A stretch of 64,000 bases of DNA from Longimicrobiales bacterium (GTDB taxonomy: Bacteria > Gemmatimonadota > Gemmatimonadetes > Longimicrobiales > Gaopeijiaceae): the NCBI GenBank assembly GCA_965202985.1, contig CBDBCF010000001.1, positions 2,560,001 to 2,624,000 on the forward strand, read 5' to 3'. Every line of letters begins with the position of its first letter. The first letter of the stretch is position 1. Shown one piece after another: positions 56,981-64,000 of the stretch. Position numbers and translations under genes: made by a program. Under the pieces are notes generated by a model. The model saw nothing but the letters and a program-made list of their open reading frames with translations. It ran no database searches and was not told the origin of the DNA.

Positions 56981-58519
56981 CTACATCCGCCGAGCCAAGC
57001 CCTTCATCGCGCGGACGAAAGCCCGGCCAACCTCCTCTTCGCGCGCGTGATGTCCGCCCTCCACGACGCGACGCCCCGACACCCACACGTCCTTGACCGG
57101 ACTCTCCGTCCCCGAGAACACCCACGAATCGAGCACCGCGTGTCCGCTTCGGCCCGCCAACGCTGGATGCTCGGGGTCCAGGACCACGAAGTCGGCGCGC
57201 CGTCCGACCGCTGCTTCGCCCCCATTCCACGCCAACGCCCGGCTCCCGGAACGCCATGCATGGCCCAGCAGCGCGCCGCCCGCGCCCGACGCGCCCCGCA
57301 GCACGCGCCTCGTCTTGAGCGACAGCCGCTGGCCGTACTCCAACGTCCGCAGCTCCTCCACGGGGCTTCGCGCCATGTGGCTGTCGGTCCCGATTCCGAA
57401 GCGGCCCCCGAGCGCCGCGAACGCGCGCAGCGGGAACAGACCGTCGCCCAAGTTGGCTTCGGTCGAAGGGCACAAGCCCACCACCGCGCCGCTGCGGGCC
57501 ACGGCCGCCAGCTCCTCTTGGTCGGCGTGGGTGGCGTGAACCAGGCACCAGCGATCGTCCGCCGGGGCGTGGTCCAAGAGCCACCGCACGGGCCGGCTCC
57601 CGCGGGCGGCTACGCATTCCAGCACCTCGCGCTCTTGCTCGGCCACGTGAATGTGCACGGGCGCACGCGGCCGCTCGCCCAGCAGCGGCTCGGCCTCGGC
57701 GAAGGCGCCCTCCGGCACCGCGCGCAGACTGTGAAGCCCCCATCCCAGCAGGCGGTCGTCCCGCCCTCGGAACGCCGGCTCCAGGGATTCGCGCAGGCGC
57801 GCCAACCCGTCCACGTCCATCCGAAACCGGCGCTGGCCGCCTTCCAGAGCCTCGCCGCCGAAGCCGCCGATCTGGTACGCGACGGGGACGTGAACGAGGC
57901 CGATCCCGGCGCGGTCGGCAGCCTCCAGGAGCCGCCGGCTCATCTCCGCCGGATCGTCGTAGGACCGCCCGTCGGGCGCTCGGTGCAAGTAGTGGAACTC
58001 GCCCACGCACGTAAACCCGGCCCGAAGCAGCTCCACGTAGAGCTGCGCGGCAATGGCCGCCATGTCGTCGGGCGTCAGGTGGCGCAAGAACTCGTACATG
58101 ACTTGGCGCCAGCTCCAGAACGTGCCCGGCGCCTCGGAAAGGCCCGGCCCGGCGGACACGCCCGTTCTCGCGCCCGGCCCCTTGGCCAAGTCGGACGTCG
58201 GCCGCCCGCCCGGCCCCTCCGCAAGTCCCGCCAGTCCCCGCTGAAAGGCGTGACTGTGGACGTTGGGAACGCCGGGGACGGCCCACCCCGCGATCTCCTC
58301 CACGTTGCGGGACGCCGCTTCTGCGCGGCTAGGCCCGTCCCCTCCGACGCCGCCGGCCTTTTCCACGCCGCCGGCCGCCGGCTCGGGGCCGCCCGACGTC
58401 GGGCTGGACGCCATGGCCGCGATCCGGCCCCGATCGTCCACCTCCACTTCGACGTCGCGACGCCAGTTGTCTCTCACGAGCAGTCGGTCGAAGCGCAGGG
58501 TGGGGCGGGACGGGTTCAT
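56981..58519 (-). CDS. hutF: Formimidoylglutamate deiminase
   Basis: PNVHSHAFQRGLAG, FWSWRQVMY, EFHYLH, HSLRAV, HIHVAEQ, CPSTEANLGDG, IGTDSH. Confidence 0.93.
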   Translation of the reverse strand: MNPSRPTLRFDRLLVRDNWRRDVEVEVDDRGRIAAMASSPTSGGPEPAAGGVEKAGGVGGDGPSRAEAASRNVEEIAGWAVPGVPNVHSHAFQRGLAGLAEGPGGRPTSDLAKGPGARTGVSAGPGLSEAPGTFWSWRQVMYEFLRHLTPDDMAAIAAQLYVELLRAGFTCVGEFHYLHRAPDGRSYDDPAEMSRRLLEAADRAGIGLVHVPVAYQIGGFGGEALEGGQRRFRMDVDGLARLRESLEPAFRGRDDRLLGWGLHSLRAVPEGAFAEAEPLLGERPRAPVHIHVAEQEREVLECVAARGSRPVRWLLDHAPADDRWCLVHATHADQEELAAVARSGAVVGLCPSTEANLGDGLFPLRAFAALGGRFGIGTDSHMARSPVEELRTLEYGQRLSLKTRRVLRGASGAGGALLGHAWRSGSRALAWNGGEAAVGRRADFVVLDPEHPALAGRSGHAVLDSWVFSGTESPVKDVWVSGRRVVEGGHHAREEEVGRAFVRAMKGLARRM

Positions 58520-58615
58520 GGACGGCTACGTTCCTGCAGGATTGCGCATCCGCAAGGTCCGGCCCGACAATCGTCGGCGACGGTCGCAAAGCAACCGCAG
58601 GCGGAGGAGGACCGC

Positions 58616-59848
58616 GTGTCGAAGCCGGCGTGGGACAGGCTGTGGATCGGTGCGAACCTGGCGACCATGACGGACGCGGCCATGGGGATCGTCGAGGACG
58701 GCGCCCTTGCCGCCAAGGACGGACGGATTGCATGGGTGGGCCGGGCGCGGGACCTGCCGAGGGACGCGCGGACGCGGGCCAAGCACATGGTCGAGTGCGA
58801 CGGCGCCTGGATGACGCCGGGGCTGATCGATTGTCACACGCACCTGGTGTTCGGGGGCGACAGAACGGGCGACTTCCGGCGGCGACTCGGGGGCGAATCC
58901 TACGAGGAGATCGCGCGCGCCGGGGGCGGCATATGGTCCACGGTACTGGCTACGCGTCGCGCCTCTTCGCGAGAGCTGGCCGAGAGCGCGTCGGCCCGAG
59001 CGCGAGAACTGACGGCGTGGGGCGTCACGACGATCGAGATCAAGTCGGGCTACGGCCTGGACGTGGAGACGGAGCTGAAGATGCTGGACGTGGCCGCCGG
59101 ACTCGGGCGCAGCCTTCCCGTGGACGTGTCGCCCACCCTGCTGGCGGCCCACGCGCTGCCCCCGGAGTATGCGGGAAGGCGGGCCGAGTACGTGCAGCAT
59201 GTCGTGGAGGACATGATTCCTGCCGCTGTCGAGCAAGGCCATGCGACGGCGGTGGACGTGTTCTGCGAAGGCATCGCCTTTTCGCCCGCCGAATCCAGGG
59301 CGGTTCTGGAAGCCGGTCTTGCCGCCGGCCTTCACGCCCGTGTGCATGCCGACCAGCTTTCCGACACGGGCGGCGGCGCGCTCGCGGCGTCTGTGGGGGC
59401 CCGCTCGGCCGATCACCTGGAGCACCTTTCGTCGGAGGGCGTCGCGGCCATGGCCGAGGCGGACGTCGCAGCGGTCCTCCTGCCTGGCGCGGCGTACACT
59501 CTGGGCGCGGACCGGAAGCCTCCCGTCGGTGCGCTGCGGAGGGCGGGGGCGACGCTGGCCCTGGCCACGGACGCCAACCCGGGGTCGTCCCCGATCACCA
59601 ACGTGGGAATGATCCTCAACTTGGCCTGTCTCCTGTTCGGGACGACTCCAGCCGAAGCCCTGACGGGGTTCACGCGCGCCGCCGCCAAGGTGCTCGGCCT
59701 GGAAGACGACCGGGGCGCCCTGGAGCGCGGGAAGCGAGCGGACCTAGCGATCTGGAACGTGCGTGACGTTGCGTTCCTGTGCTACTGGATGGGCCAAAGC
59801 CCGTTGGCCGGCTTGGTCAAGGACGGCGAGCCGGTCCTGTCGCGCTAA
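58616..59848 (+). CDS. hutI: Imidazolonepropionase
   Basis: SD GGAGGAGG before the GTG at 58616; PGLIDCHTHLVFGGDR, EIKSGYGL, HADQLS, SADHLE, LATDANPGSSP. Confidence 0.96.
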   Translation: MSKPAWDRLWIGANLATMTDAAMGIVEDGALAAKDGRIAWVGRARDLPRDARTRAKHMVECDGAWMTPGLIDCHTHLVFGGDRTGDFRRRLGGESYEEIARAGGGIWSTVLATRRASSRELAESASARARELTAWGVTTIEIKSGYGLDVETELKMLDVAAGLGRSLPVDVSPTLLAAHALPPEYAGRRAEYVQHVVEDMIPAAVEQGHATAVDVFCEGIAFSPAESRAVLEAGLAAGLHARVHADQLSDTGGGALAASVGARSADHLEHLSSEGVAAMAEADVAAVLLPGAAYTLGADRKPPVGALRRAGATLALATDANPGSSPITNVGMILNLACLLFGTTPAEALTGFTRAAAKVLGLEDDRGALERGKRADLAIWNVRDVAFLCYWMGQSPLAGLVKDGEPVLSR

Positions 59849-60117
59849 TGGGAGCCGGAAGCGCCGTTGGCCGCCTCCGCCAGCATGGCGTCCCCCGTCT
59901 CGCACTCCGCCACGGCATGGCCCACCTGCACCAGCTGCTCGGGACCCATCGCCCCCACCAGACCCTCCAGACGTTCCGCCGTCTCCGCTCCGAACTTCCG
60001 CGACGCCTGCCGAAGCACCATCTCCCGGTGACCTCGGGCCACGCCCTGCTTCACGCCCCTCGCCATGCCCCTGCGCTCGTGTCCCTCCACCCACTCCTCG
60101 TAGTACGTCTGCCCCAT
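59845..60117 (-). CDS. Putative internally initiated small Rpn isoform (RpnS-like, 90 aa)
   Basis: In-frame ATG at 60117 preceded by AGGAGG (60131-60126) with an 8-nt spacer. Confidence 0.55.
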   Translation of the reverse strand: MGQTYYEEWVEGHERRGMARGVKQGVARGHREMVLRQASRKFGAETAERLEGLVGAMGPEQLVQVGHAVAECETGDAMLAEAANGASGSH

Positions 60118-60987
60118 CTCCAACGCCTCCTCTGGTTGAATGATCCCCTGCACGATAACCTCCCTCCGCTCCGCCGGCACGCCCGCCGCTCGCATCCGCT
60201 CGTCCGTCCACTGTGCGAACGCCTCCCGGAACGAGCGATGCGCCTCCCCGGCCTGCTGCCCCGCCAGCGAAGCGTACACGCACGGAAAGGCCGCCCCCAG
60301 CGGCGCCCGCTCCAACGCGCCCAGCCACCCCAGCAACGAGTCCGCCGGCAGCGTGCCCTCCGCCGACGCCGACTGCAAGTCCAGCACGACGCACCGGTGC
60401 GCGGTGCCAAAGCCGGCTACGGCGCGCACCACGGCCGGCGGCGGTGCCGGAGTGCGCGTTAAGGCGGCCAAGCTCGTCTCCGCAGGCCAGCGCTTCGGAC
60501 CGGTATGGAGGACACAGGAGAGGAGCAAGGGCACGGTGCCACCGGGGTCCAGCATCTTCGGGTTGGCCCGCAGCGCCTCGACCATGCCGACGGCGTAGTC
60601 CAAGGTGCGAAGCGCCATGTCGGGATCGTGGGACGCCTGGAATTCGACTAGGAAGACGACCGAGGCCTTGCTGTCCTTGAACCAGACGCGGAGGGCGAAG
60701 TCGGCCAGCCTGCGCTTGAGGCCCTTGGAGATCGTCTCGGTGGCGACGACCGCGGCGGTGTCGAGGTCGAGGTGCTCGTGCCACTCGACGGCCAGGAAGT
60801 CGCGGATCAGCGACTCGATTGCTGCGCCGTGGGCGAAGAGGCCCTTGTAGGTCTGGTCGTGCCGACGATGCTCGCGCTCTTCGGGCTCGTCGTCCCGGGG
60901 GTCGCGGATGGCATCGGCGTCGTGGTCGGTCAGGTGGGACGAGTCGAGGGCTTCGGGCAGTCGGGTCTCGTTGGGGGATCGGTCCAT
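59845..60987 (-). CDS. Rpn-family (recombination-promoting nuclease/putative transposase, PD-(D/E)XK) protein; start uncertain
   Basis: HDQTYKGLF, RRLADFALRV, VFLVEFQASHDPDMALR, VLHTGPKRW; C-terminal G.x3 repeats (RGMARGVKQGVARG) and RQASRKFG. Confidence 0.85.
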   Translation of the reverse strand: MDRSPNETRLPEALDSSHLTDHDADAIRDPRDDEPEEREHRRHDQTYKGLFAHGAAIESLIRDFLAVEWHEHLDLDTAAVVATETISKGLKRRLADFALRVWFKDSKASVVFLVEFQASHDPDMALRTLDYAVGMVEALRANPKMLDPGGTVPLLLSCVLHTGPKRWPAETSLAALTRTPAPPPAVVRAVAGFGTAHRCVVLDLQSASAEGTLPADSLLGWLGALERAPLGAAFPCVYASLAGQQAGEAHRSFREAFAQWTDERMRAAGVPAERREVIVQGIIQPEEALEMGQTYYEEWVEGHERRGMARGVKQGVARGHREMVLRQASRKFGAETAERLEGLVGAMGPEQLVQVGHAVAECETGDAMLAEAANGASGSH

Positions 60988-61280
60988 TGGGCGAGCGGCC
61001 TTCCGGCGGGGGTTCCATGCCGCATCTCGGGAGCTCGGGAGCCGGGGGACCGGCCCGCTCCTCTGGACGGATACCCAAACGATGGGGCCGAAAGCTGGGC
61101 GTTTGGATAGCTGCTTGGGACACACTTCTCGCCGGACGTCTCGGGACTACCGCGAATCCGTGCCAAGCCCCTTGTCGTGCAACGGATTTCGCACGCTCCC
61201 GGCGGCGGAGTTTCCGCCTCGGGGGCCAATACGCGGACCCCGGCCGCGCGAGAGCGGCCGACCCCAAGCGTCCCGGGTCT

Positions 61281-62615
61281 TTACCCTCCGCGCCGACGGA
61301 CCGGGCGTTTGGCCGGAGCCCGCTTTCCCCCTGGGCGCGACGGAGCCGGTCGGGCCTTCGGCGGTGGGCGCCGGACGACTGGCCGGGCCTGGGCGCGCGG
61401 CCGCGTCGCTGGGGCCTTCCGAACCTTTGGCGCCGAACCCCGCGGTTGCGGGCGCACCGTCGCTGGCGAACGTCTGGATGGCGTTGCCGGTCGGGCTTGC
61501 GGGCGCCTCGTCGGGGTCGTCGGTCTTGTTTGCGGCAGGCGCCTCGTCGGCGTTGCCGGTCGTGTCTGCGGCGAACGTCTGGATGGCGTTGCCGGCGTTG
61601 CTTGCGGTACGCGCCTTACGGGTGGTGTCGGACGTGCCTGCGGCCTGCGCCTTGTCGGAGCTGGCCGCGCTTCCTGCGTCGGCCGGGGGCGTGCACCCGC
61701 CCGTACGTCCGGGCGCGCCGGGGCGCGAGGCGCCGCTTCGGGGTTGCTCGCCCGCGTGCGAGGCCGTGCCTTGCGGCGTTCCGGAGAAGATGGATTCGCC
61801 CGGATGTTGTCCCGGGTTGCCGGCCCTATTCTCGGAACGGCCCGGCGCAGCGGCGAAACCTTGGACACCGGTCGCTCGGGGCCGTTGTCGGTTACGTAGA
61901 CTCTGGGGTCTTCCTTGAAGCGCGGGCCGAAGAGGGGCGACCGCCGCCAGACGCGGTCCCTGCCACCGGCGTATCGCCCGGGGCGCACATGACCGGAACC
62001 CGGACGGCGCCAACCGGCGCGGCCATAGTCCCAGCGGCTCCAGCCATGATCCCAGCGGTCCCAGCCATAGGCCCACCGGTCCCAGCCGCGACCCCAACCG
62101 CCCCAACGACCCGGCCCAGCCCAGGCGTGCCCCCACCGACCCCACCGACCCCCGCGGACCCATCGCACGGGAATGGCCCAGCCCCACGGATCGTACCGCC
62201 ACCCCCAGCCGCCGCCCCTCGCGTACCAGCGCGACGGCCAGCCGACATGGACGAACGGTCCCCAAGACAGGTAGCTGCCGACATGGTGCCAGCCGCAGCC
62301 GACCAACGGGTACGGTTCGTGCTGGAGCCAATACGGATCGCCCCAGTACGGATCGCCCCAGTACGGGTCGTCCCAGAGGCCGTGCCCGCAATGTGCGCGA
62401 CCGTGGCCGAGTCCCCCGTCAAAGCCGAGCGAGACCACTGTCGCCGGCCCCGATCGATACGCCAGCCCCACGCCGAGTCCGCTCCACGGCGCAACGGACG
62501 GGGCGCCGACCGCGAGGCCGATTCCCAGCGATACGTGGCTTGCCACCTGCGCCGTGGCGGACATCGGAACCAGAATCCCGACCGCCGCCGACAAGAGCTT
62601 CATCCCGAGCTTCAT
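61281..62615 (-). CDS. Secreted protein with Trp/Gly-rich repeats and an Arg/Pro-rich disordered tail
   Basis: SD GGAGGAGG; signal MKLGMKLLSAAVGILVPMSATA|Q; W(D/G)DPY x3, GW(D/S)RW x3, PATP(S/T)RR repeats; upstream sigma54 site. Confidence 0.75.
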   Translation of the reverse strand: MKLGMKLLSAAVGILVPMSATAQVASHVSLGIGLAVGAPSVAPWSGLGVGLAYRSGPATVVSLGFDGGLGHGRAHCGHGLWDDPYWGDPYWGDPYWLQHEPYPLVGCGWHHVGSYLSWGPFVHVGWPSRWYARGGGWGWRYDPWGWAIPVRWVRGGRWGRWGHAWAGPGRWGGWGRGWDRWAYGWDRWDHGWSRWDYGRAGWRRPGSGHVRPGRYAGGRDRVWRRSPLFGPRFKEDPRVYVTDNGPERPVSKVSPLRRAVPRIGPATRDNIRANPSSPERRKARPRTRASNPEAAPRAPARPDVRAGARPRPTQEARPAPTRRRPQARPTPPVRRVPQATPATPSRRSPQTRPATPTRRLPQTRPTTPTRRPQARPATPSRRSPATVRPQPRGSAPKVRKAPATRPRAQARPVVRRPPPKARPAPSRPGGKRAPAKRPVRRRGG

Positions 62616-62660
62616 CTCGTCCTCCTCCCTAGTGGGGGTTCGACTGCTGCCCCATCATAC

Positions 62661-62676
62661 AGCAATTTGCGTGCCA
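62661..62676 (-). promoter_or_regulatory. sigma54 (-24/-12) promoter
   Basis: Minus strand TGGCACG-CAAA-TTGCT, 45 bp upstream of the ATG at 62615. Confidence 0.85.
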
Positions 62677-63124
62677 AAGTTGCAATCGACGAATCCCGTC
62701 GGAGCCGACGTGCTCCCGCGAGCAACGCGCACCTGTGCAGGCGTCCGTGATTTCGGTACGCCGGGCGAAGCGAACTGTGGACACTGGAACCCTGAACGCC
62801 CGCCAAATGCATGTGGACGCTGTCGCCCCGCCGCCGGGGGTTGCGCTTGCGAATCGCGACCGAATGGTCAATCTTGATAGACCGTCGCTGTGCCGGCCCC
62901 GCCGTTTTCTGTGCGTGGGCGCCGTCCGCGGCGCGCCTACTCGGGACCTCGATGTCCCGTTTTTCGCGGCGAAGCCCCTGTCCGAGCCCTGCGGAAGCCC
63001 CGCCTAGACCGGAAGCGCCTCGTGCTCCCGGCCCTTGTGCCCGGCTCCCGGCCCGTACCTGGGAATCGCCACCGCAGCACGCTTGGCCTCACGCCAAGCA
63101 AACATCTGGAGATCGCAGAAGATC

Positions 63125-64000
63125 GTGACCGATCAGCCTATTCCCGGGCCCCGGGAAGACACGAAAACCGACCACGCCTCCACCTCCTCCACCACCGAAG
63201 CCGCCCCCTCGATCGGCCACGCGCCGCCGCAGGACACGCAGGACGACGGCGCAGCCAGCGCGGCCCAGACGAACGCTGCCCAGGCGGACGGTGGGCCTCC
63301 CGCCGACCCCGCAACCCAGAGGCGCTCGGGAGCACCGCGCCGACGCCGACGCTCGAGAGGGCGGGGACGCCGCCGCCGGGGCCGCAGGCAGCAGCACGTC
63401 GAAGAGCAGGTCGTCCCCAACGACGACGAGCCGCGAGAACCGGGGCAGCTCCTGGGCGTGCTGGAGGTTCTTCCCCGGGGGTCGGGCTTCATCCGCCGAG
63501 CGGACGGCGGCTACATCGCCGGCCAGGACGACGTGTACGTCGGCTCGCGCCTGATCCACCGCTTCGGGTTGCGGACGGGCGACGAGCTGACCGGTACCGT
63601 CGGCCACCGGCCTCGCAACGGCAAGAGCCCGCCGCTTCGCTTCCTGGACTTCGTCAACGGAGGTCCGCCGGCCGACGCCGCGCACCGCCCCGAGTTCGAC
63701 CGCCTCAGCGCCATGCACCCCCGCGACCAGCTCCAGTTGGAGTGCGGCCGCGAGTTCGGCGGGGAACCCGACCTCACGAACCGGGTCATCGACCTGTTCT
63801 GTCCCTTGGGCAAGGGGCAGCGCGGACTGATCGTCGCCCCTGCCAAGGCCGGCAAGACGACGGTGCTCCAAGCGGTGGCCGAAGGCGTCGTCAAGAACCA
63901 CCCGGAGTGCGAGCTCATGATCCTTCTGGTGGACGAGCGGCCCGAAGAGGTCACCGAGATGGAGGCCTGCGGCTTCGGCGAGGTGATCGCGTCCACCTTC
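63125..64000 (+). CDS. rho: Transcription termination factor Rho, 3'-truncated by the window edge; start approximate
   Basis: Open frame from GTG 63125 (not listed in the ORF track because it has no stop): GVLEVLPRGSGFIR, DDVYV, RFGLRTGD, RVIDLFCPLGKGQRGLIVAPAKAGKTT, LLVDERPEEVTEM. Confidence 0.93.
   Translation, partial: MTDQPIPGPREDTKTDHASTSSTTEAAPSIGHAPPQDTQDDGAASAAQTNAAQADGGPPADPATQRRSGAPRRRRRSRGRGRRRRGRRQQHVEEQVVPNDDEPREPGQLLGVLEVLPRGSGFIRRADGGYIAGQDDVYVGSRLIHRFGLRTGDELTGTVGHRPRNGKSPPLRFLDFVNGGPPADAAHRPEFDRLSAMHPRDQLQLECGREFGGEPDLTNRVIDLFCPLGKGQRGLIVAPAKAGKTTVLQAVAEGVVKNHPECELMILLVDERPEEVTEMEACGFGEVIASTF

Noticed and set aside
59845..60987. Rpn gene as an active IS element
   Set aside because: No terminal inverted repeats or target duplications were seen, and the family is not shown to be a true transposase.
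61150..61165. Minus-strand TGGCACGGATTCGC upstream of the Rpn gene as a sigma54 site
   Set aside because: GG-to-GC spacing is one base short.
61147..62391. Alternative minus-strand frame (414 aa) with acidic repeats
   Set aside because: It lacks an SD, signal peptide and promoter, all of which the 61281-62615 frame has.

Overview
GC-rich bacterial chromosome segment. Gene content (6-bladed propeller lipoproteins, Rpn-family protein, giant repeat autotransporter) suggests Gemmatimonadota, possibly host-associated; this is inference only. Left to right: two tandem beta-propeller envelope proteins; an L20-leader-like RNA plus infC(ATC start)-rpmI-rplT-pheS-pheT-zapB-like-zapA; a ~4.2 kb insert carrying soxCD-like genes and a sigma54-driven cassette (secreted 6-Cys peptide, beta-propeller lipoprotein, membrane-anchored CxxS thioredoxin-like protein); rny-folD-xseA-xseB-ispA-nadK-recN; a 33.1 kb gene for an ~11,031-aa adhesin-like autotransporter (~76 ~125-aa repeats counted by eye, 5 cadherin-like domains, C-terminal barrel); tRNA-Gly and tRNA-Cys; hutH-hutU, hutF and hutI; an Rpn-family nuclease with a likely internal antitoxin start; a sigma54-driven secreted Trp/Gly- and Arg/Pro-rich protein; and the 5' part of rho. 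The best candidate for an undescribed system is the peptide/propeller/thioredoxin cassette at 10190-12329. No searches were run; all calls come from reading motifs.
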